32,000 nt of DNA from Candidatus Thorarchaeota archaeon (GTDB taxonomy: Archaea; Asgardarchaeota; Heimdallarchaeia; Hodarchaeales; Hodarchaeaceae), in contig JBHLRO010000006.1 in NCBI GenBank assembly GCA_048882505.1, positions 120,001-152,000 of the forward strand, in the 5' to 3' direction. The notes under the pieces are model-generated. The model was given only the letters and a program-made list of their open reading frames with translations. It was not told the DNA's origin and ran no database searches. This document shows positions 8,430-17,332 of the stretch, one piece after another (positions within the stretch are counted from its first letter, which is position 1; every line of letters starts with the position of its first letter). A program made the translations under genes and the position numbers.

Positions 8430-8783
8430 TTGGAAATAAATACCACCGTTAAACCCTGCTGGAAATGCGGGCAATTAACGACGATTATTGAAACAAGAGA
8501 TCGGTTCGTTACCGATAGAGAGATCGGTGAAGAAATACGGGAAGAGTACCCCTTCTATTACCTGGATTTTTCCAAAGAGTCGGACCAAGGATACTATATG
8601 AATCATTGCGAACATTGTGGAGAAAAACAGGGCGATAACTTTCTTTTTGTGGAACGTTTGCTTTCGAATTTCGAGCGAAGTCGCCCTAAACCCCGAGTAT
8701 GGGATGACGACGACTCTATAAGAGAAAAAAAGGTAGTTATCCACGATAAACTACGACATTCGACTCTTGATGAATATTTTTAA
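8430..8783 (+). CDS. hypothetical Zn-binding protein (two CxxC pairs)
   Basis: CWKCG and NHCEHCGEKQGDNFL; TTG start. Confidence 0.55.
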   Translation: MEINTTVKPCWKCGQLTTIIETRDRFVTDREIGEEIREEYPFYYLDFSKESDQGYYMNHCEHCGEKQGDNFLFVERLLSNFERSRPKPRVWDDDDSIREKKVVIHDKLRHSTLDEYF

Positions 8784-8793
8784 GGAAACCGTT

Positions 8794-9513
8794 CTAGTGA
8801 ACATTCGCTACTGTCCGTGTTGGCTTGTCCGAGGAGAGAAAAGCCAACTCTTGTAGCCAAACTTTGTGAAGTCGGGTGGCTACGCACGTACCGGTTAATA
8901 AGGTAATAAGGGGATTTAGAACTCCTTCAGATTTAATTACCCGCCCATAACTTGAGAGAGTAAAAGCCAAAGTCCCTTGAGAGTCTGTAACTTCGATTTC
9001 CTTGAACCTTCGACTACTTACATACCGATTTGCCCTACCCAATTGCTGCTCATATCTGTAACGCCCTGTGTAATGATCATCTGGAGTATCTAACGTAAAG
9101 AACTCCCTAAATTCATTCTCTGAATAATTCAAGATCGCGTGAACGTCGCCCTCTGGATCACAGATATTCCACCTTGACAATGTGCAATCACTCTCAAGGC
9201 CTCCAAATGGATTGTTATCTGCATTTCGGAACTTATAATTAAACCTTAGCAGATTAAATAGTAAACTGTAACAAGACATGTATACAATTACCCACAAAGT
9301 ACCGAAAAGGAACAGAACTGGTATAATCTCTAATAATAGGTCAAAGCTGAGGAGAAATAAGAGGATTATTAATACCAAAGGAAGAAACACCCCTCCTACG
9401 AATCCTATCATTACTAGACGTTCCCTACCAAGTGGAATGAGGTTTCCTCCCCTTAGAATCACATTATTATTTGAATCCGTTATTATATGGGATACTCTAA
9501 ATGTTGAACTCAC
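8794..9513 (-). CDS. hypothetical membrane protein (TM hairpin plus beta-rich domain, possibly LURP1/scramblase-like)
   Basis: 239 aa ORF with two adjacent TMs, repeated [hydrophobic]-D-x-x-[G/N] beta-hairpin units and a terminal hydrophobic helix. Confidence 0.55.
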   Translation of the reverse strand: MSSTFRVSHIITDSNNNVILRGGNLIPLGRERLVMIGFVGGVFLPLVLIILLFLLSFDLLLEIIPVLFLFGTLWVIVYMSCYSLLFNLLRFNYKFRNADNNPFGGLESDCTLSRWNICDPEGDVHAILNYSENEFREFFTLDTPDDHYTGRYRYEQQLGRANRYVSSRRFKEIEVTDSQGTLAFTLSSYGRVIKSEGVLNPLITLLTGTCVATRLHKVWLQELAFLSSDKPTRTVANVH

Positions 9514-9721
9514 TCGATCGATGAAGTACTTCTTTGGTCCTTCAGAAGACTCGAAGGGAAGTTTGTAAATTGCTTACATCTCCATCTTAGAAGGAGAAAC
9601 AGGCAAAAAATTTATTAACTAGGTCTGTGTAATGAATGTTGTTACAGTTTATAAGGTTTTTACTTAATTTTGGCAGTAGAGGGATATAATAAAACATAAA
9701 ACATTAATATCTGCCTAAATA

Positions 9722-9951
9722 GTGATAATTTCGGAGAATGCATTTATAGGGGATATTATTTGGGCTAGAGCAGAAAAAAACCGTATTACAAAATTGATTG
9801 TGTTGTAAAAACGGAATCCGAATGGAATTTATTGTGTAAATATCAGAAAAGAGTTAGGAATTATCTATTCCAGTTCTAAGAGAAGGAAGACCTGATAAAC
9901 TCAATAATTCGATGGAAAGTCCCAGTTTTTCCTTCTCATTTCCCCTTCTAA
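9722..9951 (+). pseudogene. possible decayed winged-helix regulator remnant
   Basis: ...TKLIVL*KRNPNGIYCVNIRKELGIIYSSSKR, then in a shifted frame EKEDLINSIIRWK. wHTH-like pattern with a TAA at 9806-9808 and a frameshift near 9878. Confidence 0.3.
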
Positions 9952-9960
9952 TATCTTACT

Positions 9961-10107
9961 TTACTCGGTATCCATAAATGGGTAACGAAAATCTTTAGGA
10001 GGTAATAAACTCTCTTTTACCATTCGTGAACTCGTCCAACGAAGGAGGTTTAACTAGCTTCCAGCTTTGGCATTTGTCCCAGATTTTCGAGCTCCAGTAA
10101 AAAATTG
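9961..10107 (-). pseudogene. relic 3' end of a second P5C dehydrogenase (pruA) gene
   Basis: Reverse strand reads QFFTGARKSGTNAKAGS*LNLLRWTSSRMVKESLLPPKDFRYPFMDTE*. By hand alignment 33 of 48 positions are identical to the C-terminus of the intact pruA (QPFGGARKSGTNDKAGSWLNLLRWISPRTIKENLFPPTNYRYPFMDDL). Trp TGG is TAG at 10054-10056. Confidence 0.9.
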
Positions 10108-10320
10108 TGAACACTAAACCTCATCCATCAAGATTATGAAGAAAATTTAAACAGAAAACATGGCATATGGCCGTTCCGTGTTACTTCAATCTTCATTTTA
10201 TTCTCGTTACAAGGTATAAGATTTATTAGTAAGCTAATTAAAAAAAGACACTCTGATTCTCGATTCACAAGGAGTTGTCTCAAGATTTATTTCCAATTCC
10301 ATGAATGAATGTGAGATCAC

Positions 10321-11676
10321 ATGGCTACTGAAACAAGTTCAATAGAAAGGAAATTTCCTGTAGATATAATCCGGCCATTCAAGGAATTTCTCAAAACAGA
10401 GCAATTTAGTGGATTAATTCTTATCTTTTGTACATTATTTGCACTCAGTATTACAAATTTTGTCCTATTCGAAGCATATAATGCTTTCTGGGCGACCGAA
10501 CTGACAATCACATTCGGTGGTTTTGGCCTCAGCAAGAAATTCTCCTTATGGATCAATGATGGTCTAATGGCAATCTTTTTCTTTGTCATCGGATTAGAAA
10601 TCAAGCGAGAAATCATTGCGGGAGAACTAAATTCCCTCCGAAAAGCTTCTTTACCAATTATGGCAGCCCTCGGTGGAATGATTTTTCCTGCAGCCATTTA
10701 TATTCTCTTTAATCTCAATTCTCCTAATAGTTTGGCTGGTTGGGGAATCCCCATGGCCACTGACATTGCCTTCACATTGGGGATCTTGGCTTTGATGGGA
10801 AAGAGAGCTCCTTTTCCATTAAAAGTTTTCATTACGGGATTAGCAATAATTGATGATATTGGCGCAGTAATTGTTATTGCAGTTTTCTATAGCACTAATA
10901 TTGATTGGTTTATCCTTGTTGTCGCTTTCGCCATTTTTATTCTCTTGGTTCTATTTAATAGAATTAATATCCAACATCCCCTCCTTTACATGTTTTTTGG
11001 AATTGCGCTTTGGTTTGTCATCCTTCAATCGGGGGTTCATGCAACATTAGCAGGGGTGTTACTTGCATTTACCGTTCCTGCTAGCAATAAAATCGATGCT
11101 GACAAGTTTGTTTTAGATTCACAACTTATTATTGATGAATTTCAAACCGCTGGGAAATGTGGTCCAAGTGTGCTACTGAATCAAAAACAACAAAGTGCCG
11201 TGAAAGCCCTCGAAACAGCCTGTCAGAGTGTTGAGGCCCCTCTCCAACGTTTTGAACGCGTTCTGCATTATTGGGTTGCTTTTGGTATTGTGCCAATTTT
11301 CATTCTGGCAAATGCAGGTGTTTTATTAGGTGAGATTCCCCCATATATTCATCCTATCGAAGTGGGGATTTTTCTTGGTCTCGTAATAGGAAAACCAATC
11401 GGAATAACGTTTGCTACCTGGCTAGCTGTCAAATCAGGCATCACATCATTACCTTCAGGATTAACCTGGACTCATATAATTGGTGTTTCGATGCTGGCTG
11501 GGATTGGTTTCACTATGGCTTTGTTTATAGGTAATCTTGCAATAACAAATGCTACTCTCATAACAATGAAGAAATTTTCAATCTTAGTTGCCTCCTTTGT
11601 ATCAGCCGTTCTTGGGGTTGCCATTTTAAGTCGTACAGCCCCAAATGAATTAGATATCGAAGAATTTGAGTGTTAG
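10321..11676 (+). CDS. nhaA: Na+/H+ antiporter NhaA
   Basis: WINDGLMAIFFFVIGLEIKRE, GWGIPMATDIAF, LAIIDDIG, SGVHATLAGV, GLVIGKPIGI, AGIGFTMALFI. Confidence 0.96.
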   Translation: MATETSSIERKFPVDIIRPFKEFLKTEQFSGLILIFCTLFALSITNFVLFEAYNAFWATELTITFGGFGLSKKFSLWINDGLMAIFFFVIGLEIKREIIAGELNSLRKASLPIMAALGGMIFPAAIYILFNLNSPNSLAGWGIPMATDIAFTLGILALMGKRAPFPLKVFITGLAIIDDIGAVIVIAVFYSTNIDWFILVVAFAIFILLVLFNRINIQHPLLYMFFGIALWFVILQSGVHATLAGVLLAFTVPASNKIDADKFVLDSQLIIDEFQTAGKCGPSVLLNQKQQSAVKALETACQSVEAPLQRFERVLHYWVAFGIVPIFILANAGVLLGEIPPYIHPIEVGIFLGLVIGKPIGITFATWLAVKSGITSLPSGLTWTHIIGVSMLAGIGFTMALFIGNLAITNATLITMKKFSILVASFVSAVLGVAILSRTAPNELDIEEFEC

Positions 11677-11793
11677 TATTATCCGAAATTTACAAATGAT
11701 CTCAAATATGTAATATTTTTGAAAGAAATGAATTCAATGTGTAAAATTTCGCCCCCTAGCCCAAAAGTCAAAGCCTAAGCCAGTTTTTTTCCC

Positions 11794-12045
11794 CTGAGTG
11801 AAATCCAGATTCAGATTTTGCGGATTCTAGAAAATTAGTTCCTGAAAAACGACACAGATATTTATATGCCAAAAAAGGACATTACTACTGACATTAGAGC
11901 CTTCAAAAAAGCGATAGTAAGGCTGAAGAAAGAAAATATTATACGTAAAAGGAAAATCGATGGGAGAAAGAGGATCACAGTGAATAAGAATCACAGACAT
12001 AGGAATGATAATCAGAAACTATCAGTTTACCCTGAAAACGACTAG
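11794..12045 (+). pseudogene. winged-helix protein interrupted by an in-frame TAG (or a 59-aa small ORF at 11866-12045)
   Basis: One frame reads LSEIQIQILRILEN*FLKNDTDIYMPKKDITTDIRAFKKAIVRLKKENIIRKRKIDGRKRITVN..., a wHTH-like helix/wing pattern with TAG at 11836-11838. Confidence 0.4.
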
Positions 12046-12089
12046 GAATCAACTAAAATCCCGGAATATGGCATTCCTTCTCTTCTAAT

Positions 12090-13721
12090 TCATAAATCAT
12101 CCATAAATGGATAGCGATAATTCGTCGGTGGGAATAAGTTCTCCTTTATTGTTCGGGGGCTTATCCAGCGAAGAAGATTCAACCAACTCCCTGCTTTATC
12201 GTTAGTTCCCGATTTTCGAGCGCCTCCAAAGGGTTGTTGCCCTACAACCGCGCCAGTAGGTTTATCGTTGATATAAAAATTACCTGCAGCGTTCTTCAGG
12301 ATTTTAGAGGCAACTTGAATTGCTATTCGATCTTGTGCAAAGATGCTGCCAGTTAAACCGTACTCAGAGGTCTGATTGCATAGATGTAGGGTTTTTTCGT
12401 ACTCATTGGCAGGATATACATATATTGATAAGACTGGTCCGAAAATTTCTTCGCACATGGTACGAAACTTGGGATCTTTCGTCAAAATGACTGTTGGTTC
12501 AATGAAATAGCCAATAGAATCGTCCACCCCTCCACCTACTAGGATTTCAGCTTCAGAAGAAGCTTTCGTATCATTGATATAGCCTGAGACGTTATCAAAC
12601 GCTGATTTGTCAATTATTGCGTTGATGAAATGCCGAAAGTCCTCCACATTCCCCATGGACATACTGTTTACTCCTGAAATAATCTTTGATTTTGTCTCTT
12701 CCCAGATTGTAATCGGGATATAAGCTCGTGAGGCAGCAGAGCATTTTTGGCCCTGATATTCAAACGCGCCACGCAAAATTGCGGTGATAAGGGCATTAAT
12801 ATCAGCACTTTCGTGAGCAAAAATGAAATCCTTACCACCTGTCTCTCCAACTAGCCTGGGATACGTGTTATAATTTGTGATATTTTTACCCACGGTTTCC
12901 CACATTTGTTGAAAGGTAGCAGTACTACCTGTGAAGTGAACTCCTGCAAGATGAGGATCTTTAATCACGATTGGTCCTATAGTACTGCCATTTCCTGGAA
13001 GGAAATTGATGACACCAGGAGGAACGCCAGCTTCTTCTAAGAGTTTCATGAAAAAGTAAGATGAGTACACAGCGGTGGAGGCGGGCTTAAAGATTACAAC
13101 ATTCCCCATAATTGCAGGTGCAGTAGGTAAATTACCATTAATTGATGTAAAATTGAATGGACTGACTGCAAAAACAAATCCCTCTAGTGGACGATAATCC
13201 AGGCGGTTCCACTGGTATTTCGGCGAATTGACCTGTTCTTTGTAAATTAAATACATGTAATAGACATTAAATCTTAGAAAATCAATTAATTCACATGCTG
13301 CGTCGATTTCTGCCTGATAAACATTTTTACTCTGTCCAAGCATTGTTGCGGCGTTAACTCGCATACGATAAGGGCCCGCCAGGAGATCAGCAGCCTTCAA
13401 AAAGACGGCAGCTCGTTCTGACCAATCCCATTCCCCCCAATCACCATCAGCCGTGTCAAGGGAATTTCCAATGGCCCGCTTAACCTCGTTTTCCCCCGCT
13501 TTGTGAAATCTCCCAAGTAGGTGATTGCGCTCATGGGGTGGACGAATTTCTCCTGTATCATTCGTTTTCACTGGTTTCCCTCCAATGATAAGCGGAACCT
13601 CGATTTTGGTTTCTTTCAGCTCTTTCAGTGCCCGTTTCAGCGCGTCCCGTTCCCAAGATCCAGGTTTGTAATCTAAAACGGGTTCATTCTTGGGTTTGGG
13701 GACTTTATAGATTCCTAACAA
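12090..13721 (-). CDS. pruA: 1-pyrroline-5-carboxylate (L-glutamate gamma-semialdehyde) dehydrogenase, ALDH4-like
   Basis: NEPV, AEIDAACELIDFLRFN, PFNFT, FTGST, GETGGKDF, AFEYQGQKCSAAS (catalytic Cys), EEIFGP, GNFYINDKPTGAVVGQQPFGGAR. Confidence 0.96.
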   Translation of the reverse strand: MLGIYKVPKPKNEPVLDYKPGSWERDALKRALKELKETKIEVPLIIGGKPVKTNDTGEIRPPHERNHLLGRFHKAGENEVKRAIGNSLDTADGDWGEWDWSERAAVFLKAADLLAGPYRMRVNAATMLGQSKNVYQAEIDAACELIDFLRFNVYYMYLIYKEQVNSPKYQWNRLDYRPLEGFVFAVSPFNFTSINGNLPTAPAIMGNVVIFKPASTAVYSSYFFMKLLEEAGVPPGVINFLPGNGSTIGPIVIKDPHLAGVHFTGSTATFQQMWETVGKNITNYNTYPRLVGETGGKDFIFAHESADINALITAILRGAFEYQGQKCSAASRAYIPITIWEETKSKIISGVNSMSMGNVEDFRHFINAIIDKSAFDNVSGYINDTKASSEAEILVGGGVDDSIGYFIEPTVILTKDPKFRTMCEEIFGPVLSIYVYPANEYEKTLHLCNQTSEYGLTGSIFAQDRIAIQVASKILKNAAGNFYINDKPTGAVVGQQPFGGARKSGTNDKAGSWLNLLRWISPRTIKENLFPPTNYRYPFMDDL

Positions 13722-13872
13722 TATTTATCACCCATTTCTCCGGCGATTTTTTCTTTACGGTTATTTACTCTCTGCCAAGAGCTGATGAGACGGGTTTTTT
13801 GAGTCAATCCTCCGAACTTCGCTATAAAAATAGGTTTTGGATTTGTCCGAAAGAAAATTTTTTTGTATCCGG

Positions 13873-13880
13873 TTTTATAT
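13873..13880 (+). promoter_or_regulatory. possible archaeal TATA box (TTTTATAT) in the pruA/nadA divergent region
   Basis: Sequence match only; about 140 nt upstream of the nadA start. Confidence 0.25.
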
Positions 13881-14021
13881 GACCTATTTGAAGAGTTAAT
13901 CGATTTATTTTTGAGGAACTGCTCTAGATCTGTATTTCAAACCAGATAAAAGACCTGGATTTACCTGAAAAGAGAATACCAAGTCTGAAGTTGAGTCTTC
14001 ATACTTCTTGGCCGGAAAACT

Positions 14022-15053
14022 ATGCAGGTTTCAAAACCATTATCGAATATACATACAGAAGAGGAACTGGAGGCTGAGGCCAATCGATTATATGGTAAGT
14101 TAAAGTCATTGAATTGGGGATGGGAAGAGTGCGCCCTAATTGCGCCCCAAACGTTGGCTATTAATGAACTTAAACAACAAAAAAATGCCATCATATTGGC
14201 ACATTCCTATCAGAAACCCCAGATTATATTCGGCGTTGCCGATTTTGTTGGAGACAGTTATGGTTTGAGCAAAGAGGCAATGAAAACTGAAGCAGATATC
14301 ATTGTCTTTGCCGGTGTCCGATTTATGGCGGAAACTGCGAAGCTGCTAAATCCAAACAAAACCGTTCTTCTTCCGTCGCTCGAAGCAGGATGTTCATTGG
14401 CTGAAGGAATTCAACCACAAGACGTTCGACGATTAAAAGAGCAATATCCTGGAGTACCTGTATTAGGTTATGTAAATACAACCGCCGAAGTCAAAGCTGA
14501 ATGTGATGTCTGTTTTACCAGCGCTAACGCGTTACAGATCATAAACAGTTTAGAGACTGATCAAGATACAATCATTGTCATACCTGATAAGTACATGGCT
14601 AAAAACCTAGAAGAATCGACTGGAAAAAGAATTATCGGATGGGATGCCGAATGTATTGTTCACAACCAGTTTACTTCAGAACAAATCGAATTCCTGCGAG
14701 AGCAATATCCAGACATACAAGTATTGGCCCATTCAGAATGTGATCCTTCGGTAGCCTTGCAGGCTGATTTGGTTGGAGGGACGGGCGATATGATCCGGTT
14801 CGTAAAATCCACAGAATATCGAAATTATGCCTTAATAACTGAATGTGGGCTCTCGGAAAGACTACGTGTTGAATTTCCCGAAAAAAACTTCGTGGGCAGC
14901 TGTGTGATGTGTCCCTATATGAAAACTGTTTTCCTAGAGCGCATTTTCAATGTTCTCCATTTACCCAGCCCCTCTCATATCATTGAAATCCCAGATAAGG
15001 TTCGGCACCGAGCAAGACAGAGTCTCGATAGGATGTTTGAACTCTCGAGGTGA
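14022..15053 (+). CDS. nadA: quinolinate synthase NadA ([4Fe-4S])
   Basis: ILAHSYQ, VGDSYGLS, RFMAETAK, AGCSLA, YVNTTAEVKA, ECIVH, HSEC, CPYMK (three Fe-S Cys). Confidence 0.95.
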   Translation: MQVSKPLSNIHTEEELEAEANRLYGKLKSLNWGWEECALIAPQTLAINELKQQKNAIILAHSYQKPQIIFGVADFVGDSYGLSKEAMKTEADIIVFAGVRFMAETAKLLNPNKTVLLPSLEAGCSLAEGIQPQDVRRLKEQYPGVPVLGYVNTTAEVKAECDVCFTSANALQIINSLETDQDTIIVIPDKYMAKNLEESTGKRIIGWDAECIVHNQFTSEQIEFLREQYPDIQVLAHSECDPSVALQADLVGGTGDMIRFVKSTEYRNYALITECGLSERLRVEFPEKNFVGSCVMCPYMKTVFLERIFNVLHLPSPSHIIEIPDKVRHRARQSLDRMFELSR

Positions 15054-15065
15054 GGCCCCCTCACC

Positions 15066-15926
15066 ATGGCATATCTTCCCTCCAAACTCCTGGAGCAACG
15101 ACTTCTCAGGTTCCTTGAGGAGGATTTAGAACTTGGAGATGTTACGGTAGAGTTCATTCCCAATAAGAAAGTAAAAGCTGGTATCATTGCGAAAGAAGAA
15201 GGAATAATCTGTGGGACACGTTTTGCTGCCATCATCATGGAGGCCGTTGGCATTAATGTTGTTGAAAAATGGGAAGATGGCAGCCCCGTGAAAACAGGGG
15301 ACATTGTCTTGAATCTTGAGGGGATGAGTAAGGATATTCTTACTGTAGAGAGGACCATTCTAAACCTAATCATGAGACTGTCAGGTATTGCAACACTCAC
15401 CCACAACCTGGTAAATCTTGTAAACCAGTCTGGTTTGGGGATTCGAATTACTGCCACTCGTAAAACAACACCTGGTTTTCGATATTTTGAAAAGTACGCG
15501 GTCAAGATAGGAGGAGGAGATACCCATCGATGGGGTCTTTCTGATGCAGTACTCATAAAGAAGAATCATCTATCCTTGTTCGATAAAGATCCAATTCCTA
15601 GCGTTCTTAACGGTATTAAGACTCAGGCTTCCTTTTCCAAGAAAATCGAAATTGAAGTTGAAAACAATACGCAATTAGAAAAGGCCCTAGAATTCCGTCC
15701 TGATATCATTATGTTGGATAATTTCAATCCTGAAGCAATCGGTGAAGCAATTCGTATCGTGGAAGGCCACTCTCACCGCTCTCGTCCAGTCATCGAAGTA
15801 TCTGGTGGGATTACAGAAGATAATATTGTTCAATTTCTTATCCCTGGGGTAGATATTCTCTCAATGGGATTATTAACTCATTCCGCCAAAGCCTTGGACT
15901 TTTCCTTATTGATCAACGCCCCTTAG
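15066..15926 (+). CDS. nadC: nicotinate-nucleotide pyrophosphorylase (quinolinate phosphoribosyltransferase)
   Basis: EEDLELGDVT, ERTILN, SGIAT, TRKTTPG, GGGDTHRWGLSDAVLIK, EIEVE, IMLDNF, EVSGGI, GVDILSMGLLTHS; directly after nadA. Confidence 0.95.
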   Translation: MAYLPSKLLEQRLLRFLEEDLELGDVTVEFIPNKKVKAGIIAKEEGIICGTRFAAIIMEAVGINVVEKWEDGSPVKTGDIVLNLEGMSKDILTVERTILNLIMRLSGIATLTHNLVNLVNQSGLGIRITATRKTTPGFRYFEKYAVKIGGGDTHRWGLSDAVLIKKNHLSLFDKDPIPSVLNGIKTQASFSKKIEIEVENNTQLEKALEFRPDIIMLDNFNPEAIGEAIRIVEGHSHRSRPVIEVSGGITEDNIVQFLIPGVDILSMGLLTHSAKALDFSLLINAP

Positions 15927-15969
15927 TCTTGTACTGGATAATATGCCTACATCTGTAGAATGTTATTAC

Positions 15970-17169
15970 CTATATTATGTTGTTTTTTTTGAAATGAGCT
16001 AGCTCGGATTCCTTATAGCCTAATAGATCACAGAGAATTTCCCTGTTATGAACCCCGAGCTCTGGAGCTGGTGTGGTAAGTTTTCCTGGTGTGCGACCAT
16101 AGCGAATGATTGGATTTGGTATGGTGGCTTTGAGAACTCCGTATTTTGAAAAGTCAAAGTTTGAATTTAAAGTTCCTCGGGCTTTAAGCTGCGGATGATC
16201 TCTGACGTCGTCGATAGTCTGAACCAACCCGCAGGGTATTCTCTGACTTTCCAATTCTCGAAGTGCTTCATCTTGTGTTTTGTTTTGTGTATATTTGGTC
16301 ACAATTTCATCCAGTTCCTCCACGTAATCAAAACGTTTGATCGGAGTGTCGAATCGCTTATCGTACTTTAATTCCGGATTATTTAACACATTGTCGCAGA
16401 ATCGATACCATTGAGGCTCTGTGAGAACCACTATGGCAATCTTTCCTCCATCTTTCGTTGGATATTGATTGTAGATGGGTAAAATTCTAGATACATCATT
16501 AAGCTTTGAGGCTCTTGTTAAAAATTCCTTTGCATGCGCTCGAAGGTTAATTGCGTACATGATATCTTGCATTGATAAATCGATCAATTGACCATTACGT
16601 GTTCGTTCCCTATAGTATAATGCGGAGGCAAGTGCGATTGCTGCAACATGACCAGCACTGTAATCAGCAATGGGAAGGCCTGGAGCGTCTTTGACTCGCA
16701 TCGAATCTAAAACTCCACTTGCGGCCTGGGCAATAAGGTCAAATGCTGGTTTTGCAACATATCGGTCAATCCCCGTACGTCCAAAACCACTTATCGACAC
16801 GTAAATTAGATCTGTTTTGATTTGCTTTAACTGCTCATATCCTAGTCCCCATCTCTCCATGGATCCAACAACTAAGTTGTCCACGACAGCATCAGAGATC
16901 TTTACCAGACGTCTAAAGATCTCTTGGGCTTCGGGTTTTCGTAAATTGAGAGTAACGGACCTCTTGTTGTTATTCAAAATAGAGAATAGAGGAAAGATCT
17001 CTGGATCAAAGAAAGAATAAAGCCTAAAAGTATCTCCAAACTGGGGTGTTTCTATTTTAACTATATCCGCACCTTGATTTGCAAAGAATGTTGTCGCCCA
17101 CGGACCACTTATGAAGTTACACACTTCAATAATCCGAATACCTTCAAATATTTGCATTTTCAGTCCCAA
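15970..17169 (-). CDS. family III CoA-transferase (CaiB/BaiF)
   Basis: GADIVKIE, NNNKRSVTLNL, GLGYEQL, ISGFG, FDLIAQAASG, PIADY (catalytic Asp), APELGVHN. Confidence 0.92.
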   Translation of the reverse strand: MGLKMQIFEGIRIIEVCNFISGPWATTFFANQGADIVKIETPQFGDTFRLYSFFDPEIFPLFSILNNNKRSVTLNLRKPEAQEIFRRLVKISDAVVDNLVVGSMERWGLGYEQLKQIKTDLIYVSISGFGRTGIDRYVAKPAFDLIAQAASGVLDSMRVKDAPGLPIADYSAGHVAAIALASALYYRERTRNGQLIDLSMQDIMYAINLRAHAKEFLTRASKLNDVSRILPIYNQYPTKDGGKIAIVVLTEPQWYRFCDNVLNNPELKYDKRFDTPIKRFDYVEELDEIVTKYTQNKTQDEALRELESQRIPCGLVQTIDDVRDHPQLKARGTLNSNFDFSKYGVLKATIPNPIIRYGRTPGKLTTPAPELGVHNREILCDLLGYKESELAHFKKNNII

Positions 17170-17332
17170 TTTTATCTGGAATTGTAGAATATCTCTAAAT
17201 TTTGGTAGAAATTATTATGTTGGAGCAAGTCAATCTCTATAGATTTTTGGCGCCCTATATGGGCCGTGGTTGATGGTCAACACTTTTGAATTTACCGGTT
17301 TTTTTTAATTTTGGAGCTAGAACAACTCTACA

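Noticed and set aside
9806-11838. Stop-codon reassignment (pyrrolysine or alternative code) to explain in-frame TAG/TAA in the relics
   Set aside because: The interrupting stops are mixed (TAA and TAG), come with a frameshift, TAG terminates many intact genes here, and the pruA-relic TAG replaces a conserved Trp. Decay is the simpler explanation.
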